The translations under genes and the position numbers were made by a program. Of a stretch of DNA of 64,000 nucleotides, positions 37,777 to 51,255 are shown in pieces; positions within the stretch are counted from its first letter, which is position 1; each line of letters starts with the position of its first letter. Origin of the DNA: Psilocybe cubensis (taxonomy: Eukaryota); contig CM038998.1 in assembly GCA_017499595.2 (NCBI GenBank), positions 1,922,001-1,986,000 of the forward strand. Reading direction: 5' to 3'. Below the pieces are notes generated by a model. The model ran no database searches and was not told the origin of the DNA. It saw only the letters and a list, made by a program, of their open reading frames with translations.

Positions 37777-40700
37777 TCATGTCCGTTTCAATGTCAACTT
37801 TATTTTGGGACCCGAAGCGGACGGGGTCGCAGGAATGATATCATCGTCCAACGCTGACATGGGAGGACTGGTCGCCAGTGGCGAAGGGACGGCTGCAGGG
37901 TGGCCAAACACGGGTGGAAGTGGGCCTCGGTTGAACCCCAAGTTTGGCAGATTGGTGGGTTGTGGGCTGGGAGCAGAACCGGACGGTGTCGACGGTACTG
38001 CGCCGCTATTAAATTCAGCCCAACGAGGACATTTCCTATTCGTTTCTATACAGGTGTGAGAGAGTTTGGTCAAGTCTAATAAAATCTTTTATGTGAAAGA
38101 AAACAACATACTCATATGCCCCATCTGACCACAATGCCCACATCGTCGCTGTTTAAAAAGACACAAGCGTTCAATGATCTGAAAAAAAATGACGAGCAAC
38201 TAAACACAGGTTATGGCATACCGTCGTGTCCGGTTTGACAGGTCGGTTGAGCTGCATGGGAGTCCCTCCCTCTTTGACTATCTTTGCATTCTTACGATGC
38301 AACCGCCGTTCTTGATTCTTCTTCATGCGGGCGATTTCTTCCTCAAGCCTGTCAAACGCGTATTAAACGTTGATGAAGCCTTTTAAGGAATAGGTCATGG
38401 CAAAATACCTCTTCTTAGCTCGTTTATCTTTGTCGGCATCTCCAGTGGGTGCCAGCGAATCGGCAAGTGTCGCCTCTTCTTCCAGTGCTTGTCTTCCCCG
38501 CACATACGCCCTGATAACAGCTGGGTCTCTAATAATTTCCGTCTGCCATACACCGTCAATCTGCAACATGACCTTTAGCAAGCTTAAAATAATAAAATAG
38601 ACTATGAGAACCTACAAGTCTCTTTATCCTTAGAACGCTTTTACTTCCGTCAGGTCCTATACTACCTTCTCTCTCGCGTTCTAAAGAGGAACCTCGACTG
38701 GGCGCGGGGGAGGCACGGTTAGACGGCCCCGAAGGACCCGCGACATGCGAAGATTGTGTCGGCGGTTTCTTTGCATCCTTCTTGTCTTCCTCATCTGACA
38801 ACTGTGGCTCATCTTTACGACTGAGAGAATCGAACTGCGCTTTCCATATGCGCTCGATTTCCGACTTGTAGATGAGTTGCTGTTCGGCAACATTGTACCG
38901 GTGGGCAGATTTGGGCCTATTTTCGGCTTCCGCTGAGGAGATAAAGAACACATGAGCGTTGAGACATGCGGGTGAACAGCGGCGGAGGACACTGTACCCA
39001 TTTTCTGCTCGTAATCTTCGCCCGCTTTAACGAAAATATCCTTCATTGAGATCCTGATGAAACTAAACGCTTCACCACGACCAGATGGATCTCCTTCACC
39101 GTGGAGTCGGAGCATGGCCTTGGCTTGTGTGGCAAATAAGAAATTTTTTGTTGTGATCCAGGGGGCCAACTGTTGTTCGATAGAGAGATTGGATTCATCC
39201 CCTTCAGCAACATCAGCAGCATGGCTGTATCCTGCATCTTGCAGATGTCGTTGTCCAACCTGCATACTTTCTGTGAGAACAACTTGCTCGGGGCCTACCA
39301 TCTTCAGCATTTCTGCGTCCGTGGGAACCGTCCAGTTAGGTTTCAGACGCCAAAATCCTTGGTGAGGGCCACGTCGATGATATTCCATGAATTCCTAACC
39401 GTGGTATTAGATGTAATGATCTTCTGATTGAAAGTAAACATACCTTGAGACGTTGCCGCATTTGTAACTCGTTCTGGTCCGGAAAATATTTCATTAATCT
39501 CGATATTTTCAGACGTTCCCCTTGACTTTTCTTCAGTAGCTTGAAAGCGATAATTTGTAAACGGTATTTGATCGTGTTGGTTATTTTGCGTGAATGGGGC
39601 CCTGGAACCTCAGTTACAGGATACGTCTGACCAATGACGAAAAGATTTTTGATTTCTCGAAGGTAATATTTTGTATCACCCTTGATAGTGTTTCTACTCA
39701 AATGTCAACACTCAATACTCACGAGTATGGGAATGGCTCACCTTACGACAAGGAAATCAGTCGGATAAGGCTTGTGACGGAAGAGGGGCGCTCTCATGAG
39801 ATTGTTGTAGAGCGCTGGGATTGTCTGACCAGGATATACATATCCAAATTTCATAAATGGAGATTCGTCTTGAGGCTCTAGGACAAATGGGAACCCAAGA
39901 TCGCCCTGCAAAGCATGAACAAATATACGATGACCAGCCACGACGGAAGCATCTTACTTTTGGAACATGCTCATCTTTTTCATCTTTCTTGCGATAATAG
40001 TTGACAAGAACACTTCCCATGCCAAAGTTAGGTATGATTGGAGGATGCTCTTCCTATTCGTGATTTAATACTTTCTTTAACAGCATGACGAGTACACGGA
40101 AAGGAAGACATACAGAATATTCCCAGAGAACAAAATTCGACGTGTCGCGAAGACTGAGATCGCTCGTTTTCCGCAATCCTTCTCCGACGTTGCCACCTTT
40201 TCCAAGTTTCCGACCGGCCTTATCTTTCTTCTTCTTCGCAGTTCGCACTTTAGAAAACCGCAGTTCAATGTTCGAGGGAAATTGCAAAGCTGGACGATGA
40301 AATGATCGAGCTTCTTGTTTCGATAGCCGAGTTTTGTACTGAAACGCAGATGAGAATGAGCATAGATTTCAAAACGTCACTTACAAATGGCAACTGCAAT
40401 TTTTGAGCCGGATAGGCATGCTCCACAACAAGCTGGCCAAATGTTTGTCGCACACGATGCTTCCCACCATCTTTGGCCACCTCATAGAAGGCGTCGTTGG
40501 AGAGATTAAATTTATCTTTAACTTGGCCTCCGTCTGCCCTTAGTCTCTTCCTTGGACGGACCGTCTCCGCTTAGCAAAGTTTCAGTAGATGAAAGATGTA
40601 GAAATCCATATGATCCTGACCTGGTCTTTCTTCGGGTGTCACATCGTCTTCGTGATTGAATTCTAATTGTGTAAAGTCACGGAAGGGGGCTTTAGGGCTC

Positions 40701-41635
40701 CAGATAATACTTTGAGTCCAAGAACCAGATTCCAAGGCTTTATTGATTGGGGTTGTTAGGTCTTTCTCTTGACTGGGTGCTGTAAGACTTTGGGACGAGG
40801 CATTGTGGTTATTTTCTGGACCATAAACTATTTGATCTTCCCAGTTAGAGAGTAGTACCAGATCGAAAGTGCGGTCATCCAATGGCATCATGACGGGCAC
40901 GCTCGTATGCTCGCGTTCCTGGAAAACGATTTATAATAGACATGTATCCAACAATGGGATTACATACTTCTAAAGCCTTTCGAAGATCAGCCTCGACATT
41001 CCCTGACGAGACGACCTCTTCTACTCGTTTGTTTTCTACCTGTCGTTTGGCATCACCCACGACAGCGTCTAGGAAACCTTTCGGGTTCTCTCTTTTGCGC
41101 GGATATACGGTTTCGACTGGGTTATGGCAATATAAGTTAAGATAATATTTCGTTCCGCACATATCAATTACTGACCTTGATATGGACGCTTAGACAGACG
41201 TGACTTTCGAACGGCATAACCCTTGAACAATTCGCTGAAGTCCAGAATTTTATCTTTCTCGAAAGCAGGAAAGCGTTCATAAACGCTCTTGGGACGCTCT
41301 ACGAGACGCTTCACAACACGGATACGCTTCTGTTTCTGACGCAGTCCGCCTGGAGAGTGGACCTCTTGTTTGATAGCCGTGCCGTCCTCTTCCTCCTCCT
41401 CGCGCATCTCCCTGTCTATCTCATCCTCCCAATCCTCGCCTTGTTCTGGCCCAACAGCATCGTCTTCGTCCCATTTGTCGCTATATATTTGGCTCGAGTT
41501 CAAAGCTGGAATTCCAGATATGCCTAGTCTGTTGGTAAGCTGCTCCCCCACCGGTAAAGCGAGGTCACCAAGAACATGGTTGATTGAGAACCCAGTCAAA
41601 GCTGAGATAGCATCGTTTTCATCCTGGGCGGACAT
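37777..41635 (-). CDS. TAF1: TFIID subunit TAF1 (fungal type, no bromodomains seen)
   Basis: EEHPPIIPNFGMGSVLVNYYRK, LYNNLMRAPLFRH, EVPGPHSRK, LAPWITTKNF, LHGEGDPSGRGEAFSFIR, YNVAEQQ, zinc knuckle RRCGHCGQMGHM|KTNRKCP. Confidence 0.94.
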
Positions 41636-41880
41636 TGGAAGACTAAGTATAGAGTAGTGGTATACTTTTGGATAGAGGAGCAAAAATCAGCCTCCCATGG
41701 ATGAAGTGCTGCAACACAGAATTGTGGTCGATACTTGAGCAAGTTACTAAAGTAGTCTATTACTGGCACAACCCTCGGAGCCTATAGCACAACACGAACA
41801 AGCAATGAGCCCATCAATGAACCCTGTTGGCAATATTCCCTTCAACTTCGCCTACTACATTACTAGGTTCACTATATGCC

Positions 41881-43013
41881 ATGGATTCACATATACAACA
41901 ATCCATTGAGGTGGTTTGCCTGTTTTTACGAATTCATTGAAATAAACTTTCGCTGAAACTGTCGATTTGAGGATTTACACCGACACTTTAAAAACGCAGG
42001 TTCAGATGCTCTATTCCGTATCCTGCCTCAAAAGGCGCAAAAATCTTTGTTAACATCAAGTGATACTTCAATCTAATTTTATTTTTTACCAGATAATGTG
42101 GACTTGAAAGCTTTATTTGCTGTGCCTAGCTCACGACAAAATGTTATTTGTATACTAGGAGTATCCACGGCGTAATCCAGGAAATTCAAGACCCTGCCCA
42201 TTCGCTCTGCAATAACGCATACACCTCTCGAAAAAAAAGGAAACTATCAGAATTATGCGCACACACAGAAAACGATGGTAATCTGGTTGGCATGGATGTC
42301 ATTAATGCGCCTGAAGCTAGAGAATGTCTCACCCCCTTGAATCCGAAAACACTGGACATGGTTCTCAAACGCGAATGTGATGATTTGGTTCAACTTATGG
42401 TTGGCTGCCGTCATAACCCATGTATAATTGTAATCTAACCGCCCGCACCACTTCACCAGGATGATGCTAAAATTTGGCTGGTAATCTCCTCCCCGAGGTA
42501 TGATCATCTACAGTGTATTCCGCTCATGATTCCGGATGATTAACTGGCAATTTTGTTGCAGTACTTCCGTCGCCGGTGACACTTCGCCTTCATGCATACA
42601 TGATGTTGACCTGGTTACTTACTAATTCTAGAATTTGAAGACGGTACGCACACAATTCCCCTCCAAGAGTGTAGCCAACAGAATGTTCAGATATCCTGGC
42701 CGAGTTCCATCGTGCTCAGGAATCTGCCCTCAACATCCGCGATTCTGCCCGAAAATATTATCTTGAAAGAGGCAAGATATGCTCGAAATTAATCAAATAC
42801 CCTAGCGTGGAGGATTTTAAAGTAACCTTTTACAGCTCTTTTCTTCTACCTTACTCGTCAATTAGCATCTGAATCCTTTACCTTTACCAGCATGCTCTCA
42901 AAGAGTACGACGAACAACGTGTTTATCTGGCACGCCAACACTTGTACGACATACGAAATATATATGTCGTCCTCAACGAGATGATAAAGCGCAGTCTTAC
43001 CGTGGGCACTTGA
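41881..43013 (+). CDS. Proteasome activator PA28/REG (11S)-like protein, divergent; about 9 exons, ~218 aa; C-terminus uncertain
   Basis: Hand-spliced MDSHIQQSIE|DLHRHF...ILPQK|IM|SIHGVIQE...LKRECDDLVQLM|DDAKIWL...DILAEFHRAQESALNIRDSARKYYLERGKICSKLIKYPSVEDFK|HALKEYDEQRVYLARQHLYDIRNIYVVLNEMIKRSL; exons sum to 657 nt in frame. Confidence 0.75.
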
Positions 43014-43086
43014 TTTCAATTTGAACATGGGTGGCTAGCACCCAAAGTGTTATCGTTAATAATCGCATGTATTCCACTGTATAATA

Positions 43087-44778
43087 TCAGACTGAAATGG
43101 TTTTAAAAATGTTGAAACCATCTGCAGCCGTGCTGATAACTGATCCTGGTATTTGCGGATGCCAATGAATTTCTTTGACATCTCTTTGTCCCTGATGGAC
43201 GAAAAGTAGCTGCGGCGGGACTTCACTCTCTCCATTGAAAGATTCGCCCATGCCTGCTTCGTCGTCATCTTGTTCGACAGCAAGGTCCCACAGCGTGACT
43301 TGATCGTCTGCACCTCCGGCTGCGAAAGTGGATTCTTCAGTTGGGTGCCACTCGATAGATGTGATGGGTGCTTTGTGCCATGTGAATGAGGCAACAGGTG
43401 CTGGGTCGATGGATTTTGTTCTGTAAACTTAAGGTAAGTATCTGAATGGATGAGAGCAGTCACAAAGCTTACCCTGATTTCTGGACATTTCGAAGATCCC
43501 ATGCCTTGATCGCTCCTTCGTCACCTCCACTGACTATCAGGTAACTTGTTAATTTATTCCAGCTGATGACATTTACATCGCTGTCATGAGCGGTCTCAAT
43601 TCCAGCTACACTTTTTCGTCCTTTGGTTCGCACATCCCAAAGTCTGATACTGCGGTCTGCTGAGCATGAGGCAAATACTGTTGGTTCGGTCGGACTCCAC
43701 TGCAGATCTTCAATACTCGATGTGTGAGAAATGAACGGCTGTGATAGAGCGTTGAATCCTGAAGGTGTGGAGGTTGTCAAGAAGATTTTGGAATGCACGT
43801 CGCCTGTCAATAACCGAAGAGATGAAGGTCCGGATGCAGCCCAGTCCATTGCAAATCCTTCGGCCATGCCATGTGAGTTTATTGTAAACACAGGAGTTTG
43901 TGCGCGAGTTTTATCGTAAGTGTAGCCGGGGACGTCAAGCGATTCAATTAAACGACGAATGTCCCATATGTGGACTTTTCCGGTGTCAGCCCAAGTTGCG
44001 ACATGATATGGTTGTGATGGAAGGGGATAGGACGATGTTGGCTGAGCACGGATTCTGTTCACACCACCGACATGGGGGATTGATCGGTATTCAAGAATGG
44101 CATCTTCATCCAAATCATCGTCGTCTTCATCGTCTTCGTTTTCGGAATCCGAATTGTCTAGAAACGATAATGTTCGAGTCACATTTTGTATTGAAATAGG
44201 AAGGACTCACTTACTGCCGTCCTTTTGCGTTCGGTGGAGAGAACTCATTTTGCATACTACGACCTCGTTTTTGTTTGCTGCATCAGCTTGAGTTCCTGCG
44301 ACAATATAAGCAGTTTCAGGAAACCGTTTTCGTTGGTCTCCGAGGTTGTCTTTTAATATATCAAATGATAAGCAGGGCCAGTTAACGCTCATGGAATGAC
44401 GCATGATATAAACGGAATCGTCAGGTTCAAGAATTTCGTCTTTTCCCAAGGTATCTCGACCAGGAATGAAGACCTGATGTGCTTGAGGCAATTCGTCTGA
44501 TTCCTCGATAGCGGGGAGAACCTCATCAACATCCATTCCTGGGATATATAAACATCATTGAGTGAAAAGGTCATTGAAAAAAGTTGACACTTACCATCGT
44601 CGTCGTTTCCCTCGTCGTTTCCGTTCACTACCTCTTCGTCGCTTTCGATATCATCCTCCCAAGCATCCTCAAATTCCCCCATTTCATCCATAACAACATT
44701 TTCTCGTTTAATCCCATCTACAGTAGCTTTTAAAAAAGGCTGCCCTGTCTGAGCTTCGCTCGCAGCCCGTTTTGACAT
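43087..44778 (-). CDS. RRB1: Ribosome assembly WD40 protein RRB1 (GRWD1)
   Basis: Acidic N-terminus, WPCLSFDIL, YIVAGTQA, GGVNRIR, EGFAMDW, SHTSSIEDLQWSPTE, QLLFVHQGQ, FNIFKTISV*. Confidence 0.93.
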
Positions 44779-45236
44779 TTTTGTAGGGAAGATATGAGTG
44801 ATCCTCGTTCTGTGCTCAAGACCGACTTTTTTTGATTAGATCCACGTGATCACAACTGGATCTGGATGGGCTTGTTCCCCATATAGACTGGGATCATCAA
44901 AACTGTGAGAATTTCTACTTTCGGCGAGGAAATATGATTTCGAATTCACGAATTTACTTTCCCTAACGCCAATCGAATAGCGCGTATTCGCTGAGAATGT
45001 CACCGACTTGAGACGAGATTTCAGATTGCATGCATATGTATACGTTCTACTTGTTTAACACGCGTCTACGCCTCTGATCTCACCTTGTGGAGCTCTGAAT
45101 CGAGGTCTTGAAATCGTTTTCAAATTCAAAGTAATCGTGCGTCAATTGCCAGCGGATATGTGAAATCCTGTGAAATCTACGTCGTTTGGTGACAGTCAGC
45201 GACACCCCTTACATTGCTTTTCATCTTTCTTTTATC

Positions 45237-45992
45237 ATGTCTATTAGTGTGACTCTTCCGGACAGGTTCGTGTCTGGCTTTTCCTCCCGATGCTGATAGT
45301 ACGTCCCGTTGACAATCGATAACTACAGCTTCGGCTATGTGGGTGCCTCTCTTCTTTCAACGGTTTTCCTCCTCTTGGGACAGGGCTCCACGGTCGGGAA
45401 ATACAGAAAACGAGCTGGAATAGCCTATCCTCAGATGTATGCGGAAAAGGCCCAAGCAGACGCCTCCAAGGACGCGTTCCAATTTAATTGTGCTCAACGT
45501 AAGTGCAAATTTACAATTTTCGTTACATACCGTCCAACTTCTTTGAAAAGGTGCTCATCAAAACACACTCGAATACATTCCACTTGTATATGCCATGTGA
45601 GTCGTTATCGTATCAAAGGTTTATTAGCGTTAATGTTATCACCGACGGCCAGTACCATAATGACCGGTATCAAGTACCCCATCTTCGCTGCTTCGTCGTG
45701 CGCTCTGTGGACCTTGTCTCGCATTTCATACTCGAGAGGCTACATTCAAGGCGGCCCAGAGAAGGTACATGCCTTGCTACTACTTTTTCTCTTATTTATG
45801 ATTGAACAACATCAACTGAAATAGCGCGTGAATATTCTCTATCTTCTGGGCACTGTCGTTGGAATAATTGGTAGGAGAGCTCGATCTCTATATGTGAGCC
45901 TATTTAAGTTGTTCAAACCAGGTCAAACTGCTGCTGCGACGTATGTTGTTGGTAGCTGGGTGTATGCAGACCTCGCGGCAAAGTTCTTGTAA
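45237..45992 (+). CDS. MAPEG family membrane protein (microsomal glutathione S-transferase 3-like)
   Basis: VGKYRKRAGIAYPQMYA, FNCAQR|AHQNTLE, SRISYSRGY; multiple hydrophobic helices. Confidence 0.9.
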
Positions 45993-46337
45993 AAACAACG
46001 CAATGCAGTCTTTTCAAGTGTGGGAACGATAGCCAACTGTCTGATGTGACCCTGGTAGTTCCCTCAGACAGACGTTTTTTGATGTCCGTATAGTAGTTTT
46101 TGCATTTCGATTCAACTATAGTACGGAAAGGTAGTCATTCTACCTGTGACTGAGTGCGTGACCAGTGTGTTTAATTACCCCGTAAGGTAATGCCATTCTA
46201 GCAACTCGGTAAGGCTGCTTAAATAAAGCATTCACCGTCGATTCACCGAGCATTGGCCTCACCTTCTTCCACAACCACCCATCGACTATATCACAAAGAT
46301 AGTTTCCCTTTACGTGAACAGATTGTAGTCTAGCTCG

Positions 46338-47847
46338 ATGCCTAAAGCGTCTTCCAGAGCGCCTCTCCCTACTTCTTCATCCGATTTTGCTTTGCCATCG
46401 ACCTCGTCAAGTCCTGGCGCTTCGTCGTCCTCTGTTACTCTAGATGACCCCAGTTTTTTGTTCAATCGTCTACGGCGGTCAAGTCTACTTCAAAAGTCTA
46501 CGTATCTTGCCGAACCTGGTCGGTTACACAGTCCTTTGGCTTCTTCTTTCACCCTTCACGCCAGACGACGAAGTCAGAATGCAGTGATATCAGAAGAGTC
46601 AGAAAGCGACAAGGATAGGATGATGACAGACTCTCCAAATAGCTCAGAAACGCATACTCCGCCTCTGAAACTCGGTACAAACAGTGAAGAGGATCTTACT
46701 TCTAAGCCAGCAATCAGACAGGTGCCATTGACCCCGCCGCGACGGAGGTCTTCAGCCAGTATTGATGCCTCAGATATGCCCACCATATTTAACCGCAGAC
46801 TCTCTTTTCCAGTGAGTGTAATTTTCTTTTTTTTGTTCATTTTACGAGGTTAAAAGTATGTTCTGTAGCTTAAGCAACCACGTATATTGAATCTTTTGGC
46901 GGAGTCGCGTCCTGAAGAAATTGAGATTAAATCGGAGGCTGCTTTTCAAAAATTAGTAGCATCCGTATCTGAACTACCAGCACAACCACGGACACCACGG
47001 GCACTTGCTGATCGTGGGCGCTACCCAGAAGAAGCGGTGCATGAAGAAGTTACAAGAGAAGAAACTCCTAGTGATGATGAACTGGAACTGGACGAAGGCC
47101 CCTTTGCGTTCTCAACACCGTCAGGAACTCAACCTATAAATATAATGAAACCACGCACTCCAGGGGGCAGCATATCAGGAAGTATTAACGGTGATGAATT
47201 AGGTATGAGCATATCAGAAACATCGTCGAGTCTCGGTGCAGCAGCTATGGACATTGATACAGCAGTGGGTTCTGTTATTATTTTCTTGTATTATTGTTCC
47301 AACTTCTTTCAAGCCTTTGGGTTCACCGTTATTGCCATCTATGGGGCCAATCACCCACTGGAGATACACCCCGCCTCCTACAACCAGTGCTGTTCGATCT
47401 AACAAACGTAAACGTACGGATATATGTCGTCATTCTCTAACGAGTTTGTTCTAATCCCCTTTCACAGTTGAAGATCGTTTCGACCCTTATCCAAGCAGCT
47501 CAAAGAGGCGGGCAGTGTCTCCATCCTTACAGTATCTTCGTGAATCGCATCAACAAACAAATTCCCCCATTTCCAGGGGTAGTAATCCCCGACATCCTAT
47601 CGCTATCCCGGTTGCTACATCTACTGCAAGCTCGGCAGCTTCATCACCTACAATCTCTAGTGCTTATCCTCCATATCCTCGTGGCATCAATATCACTTCT
47701 AGTCCTACACTTAGAGCAACAATGACTATGCCTAGTCCCATCCTGCGTCCTTTGTGCCGCCGTCGCGATGAAGAAGATGAAAGAGAGATAGAAGGGGCAG
47801 GGGAAGCTGTTGGTAGCCTAACAATTGGGTATAACCTCTTCGCATAG
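46338..47847 (+). CDS. Ser/Pro-rich disordered hypothetical protein
   Basis: Long ORFs joined by GT-AG introns; charged motifs LKQPRILNLLAESRPEEIEIKSEAAFQ and NKRK...EDRFDPYPSSSKRRAVSPS. Confidence 0.7.
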
Positions 47848-48415
47848 CACGTGTGGCCTGAATTGACTAATATTTGCAGCGCGGGTGAATATTTTCAACC
47901 GCTTGAGGCCCTTGCTAAAGACAAATCATAAAGCAAATGGCTTGCCTTGTTTCATTTATTTTCTCCATAACATCATCGAGGTTCAATTGGGTTATATATT
48001 CGAATGCCAATGTAATTCAGTAACCATTTTGTATTTGTAACCACTGCTAGTTTTTCGTGGCTTGTAACACACTTCTTGTCGTATTTTGACATAAATCGGT
48101 AATGTGTTACAATTTTGTGATCTGAAATTGAAGTCATTGAGAGCTCTATTATCGACTTCTCACTGGAAGCAAACACTCTGGATTGAAAGAGATAATGAGA
48201 GAACTGGAACGTGGCACGTGGCAAATTCCATCAAACTGATCCCAATTTGGTAACGGCAAAATCTGGAGATCCACACGAGTTTTGAATTTAACACATCTCA
48301 TCACAAACGCTCCATCCTCGCAGGTTCTTCGTGTTTATCTTACACAGAACCTCTATCGTGATCAAACCCTTCACAAATCCCACCAAAAGGCTGTGTGCGC
48401 CACGAGTTTACCACG

Positions 48416-49631
48416 ATGAATAGCACACAAAAGCTGACGAAGAAACAGAAGAAAGGACTTGCATTCCGCGAACGCAAGACAGGAAAAGGACAAACCAAAA
48501 ATGCCGTCGTCGATGACATGGAAACTAATGCAATCCCTCTCATGGAAGACCAAGATCTCGCTGGCTCTGACAGCTATCCGTCTGAAATTCCAGGAGGTGA
48601 CGACGAGACGAAAGGCAAAACAACAAACGTCCAGAACAGGGTTGAAGGCGAGCCTAAAGAAGGCAAAGTGGGGGCCAAAGGCAAAGGCAAAGGCAAAGGC
48701 AAGGCAGAGACAGAGACTTCTATTGTGGCCGTGGAAAAGATGAAGGGTCAGCCGAAGAAGCGGAAAAGAAGTGATGAGGATGAGGCTGAGAAGGATGGGG
48801 ATGAAAATCTACAGGACGGAGTCAAAAAAAAATCAAAACGCAAGAAAGTTGACGGCGACAAGGTCATTGGCGGAAAGGCTGATAAACCAACTAAGCAACG
48901 ATTTATTCTTTTCCTTGGTGCGTCCCGTATTTTATTCTTTTGTGCCTTTGCATTCATTACGCTTTTCAGGCAACCTGAAATATACCACCACGGAAGAAGC
49001 TATCAAGGCTCACTTTGCAGTCTGTGGTAAGTTTCTTGGTTTTATTCATTAGTAATTTCTTGTACCAAAGTCTTGATAAATTCTTGGTAGACCCGCCACC
49101 GACAATACGCCTTCTTACCCCCAAACAGACCACGCCAGTTTCTTCACAGAGACCGAAGTCGAAAGGCTGCGCATTTTTGGAATTCTCTCATCGGAATGCT
49201 CTTCAGCAGGGCTTGAAGCTTCACCAATCTATGCTTGACGGCCGCATGATCAATGTAGAGCTCACTGCTGGTGGGGGTGGCAAGGGAGAATCACGATTGA
49301 TGAAAGTTAGAGAACGAAACAAAGCTCTGCTAGGACAACGCGTACGTACCATTCCGTTAATGATCTCAGAGACTATATTTACTTGATCGTGCAGGAGGAA
49401 CGCATTGAGAAAGAGGCGAAACAAGATAATTCCTTCCCAAATCTACCCAGCAAACCTCAAAGGTTTTCTGCCACCTCCGGTTTGGAACAGAGACCCACTA
49501 GTCGGAAAACATGGACTGTTGGTGATATTGATGACGGCATAACGCACAGAGGTGGAACACGGCATCGAAAAAAGTCAAAAGCTCCTTCGAAGACATGGGG
49601 AACGGGGGTAAATGCCATTCCAGTTGGATAG
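48416..49631 (+). CDS. NOP6: Nucleolar RRM protein NOP6-like
   Basis: KLTKKQKKGLAFR, Lys-rich region, RFILFLGNLKY, KSKGCAFLEF, GRMINVELTAGGGG. Confidence 0.8.
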
Positions 49632-49765
49632 TATGTGGATATATTGAACCCATTCCTACTCTACGGTATCGCTCTGAAAATATGGATATTTGATTAAATG
49701 TAATGTCCGTGATAACGAAAAACGCCCCATAAATATAAGCGTGAACCTCATACCACCTTCAGCGA

Positions 49766-51090
49766 TCATGATACGAGAATGAAGACAAGGAACTGCGCGC
49801 CGTCCATGAGCAAGCCTTGTGCTTATGCAAGAGGGAATTCACTTACAAACACGATGAGAACGCCAAATATCTTGAGCATCAACCAGCGATTGCTTGAGAT
49901 ACTTGCGTAGTATTTTAGAAGTTCCCGCTGAGCACCGCTCACATTTGACATGATATCATGTGTATCGGCGTCAATGCGTTGGACTGTTTCCCGTTGCTCC
50001 GCGACCATGTTGGCCAGTTGTGTAAAAATCTGTCCCAGCTCGGCGATAGTTGTCTCAATGGATTCAATCGCGGTTGATCGTTGTTGAATATACGAGTCCT
50101 AAATTTCAAACGATCAAAAAGAAACTCTCAACCAACCCAACGGACGTCATACCTGCTGCTCTACAAGTTGCATTTGCATGAATCCGTTTCTAGAGCTCCC
50201 TCCACCCTCCTCAGCGGAGTTGAGATCCAGAGATAGAACGTCTCCATTTTGTGGTGCCCTGCCCTTGCCCTTTTGGTCATATGGATTTGAGCTTCCATCA
50301 CCCATAGGATCATTACGCTGAGGGTTATAAAGCACTGTAGCAATGTCAGAAAAAGTTGCGTAATGTCTATACAGGAAGGTGCATACGAGAAGGGGCCTGA
50401 TTGGCAGCGGACTGTGCGGTATACATAAATTGCTCCGTTCGATTTTTGGATTCTTTCATGTTCTGCCGACAAAGTAAGTTCGAGAAAATATTCCACATGC
50501 GTCGAGACATGCCTGCGTCCGAAGCTCTAGCACGTCTTTAAATGTCATACTCGTGGTTGCGAGTTTGCCTTGAAGCATCATTACGATGTTGTTATTATGT
50601 TCGTCTATCATTTTGGCCTCCGGGGTCGTTGAGGATCCATGTCGTTGTTTAACATAAGTCTGAAGTGCCGCTATCTGCTTGTTGATATTGGCAATGTCTT
50701 GTTTTATGATGAAAGTAAGCTCCTACAAGTGAGGATGAGCTTGAGATGGTTGGAAGTCTTGGATAATGTGCATACGCTGATTTCGACCGGCCGGTCGTCA
50801 AATAGTGTCTTTCGTTTAGCCACTGACATAACATAACCAGGTCAGAAATTATACCAGAAAAATCAGGAAATTGAATTACATTGCCCCAGCTTGTTCAGTT
50901 TGATCGTAGTTGCACTGATATCCTTGCCAATAGACGAGGCCATTCGAGAAAACTCGCCTTTCGCCCCGGATTTAGTATTGGCTTGGAGCAGACGCTGCTT
51001 TGCCTCTGAAGCGCGATTTCCAATAGCAGTCCTGCTGCGTATTGAGTCTACGCATGATTTGAATTCGTGAGTGCGGTCTTGAATGGACAT
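49766..51090 (-). CDS. SED5: Golgi t-SNARE syntaxin-5 (Sed5)
   Basis: MSIQDRTHEF, AKRKTLFDDRPVEIS, SNARE motif IESIETTIAELGQIFTQLANMVAEQRETVQRID, C-terminal TM; one GC-AG intron 50463-50512. Confidence 0.95.
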
Positions 51091-51255
51091 TTAAAGGAGA
51101 ATTAAGGAGCTGAATGGAAAATGGTATTGACAATGACAGGAGGGCGGCAATGGCAATTGTAACGTGGCGCACGTGATTATACGCGTTTTTGGATGGACGC
51201 CAAGGACCCCTGAATCACGGCTCGGAATCGTTGCTCAGAGCCGAACTCTTCATGC

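Noticed and set aside
48294-48302. PAC-like GATGAGATG (reverse strand) upstream of NOP6
   Set aside because: Single short match, not clearly repeated at UTP11 or RRB1
50463-50512. GC-AG intron in SED5
   Set aside because: Ordinary minor intron class with a good consensus (CAG|GCATGT)
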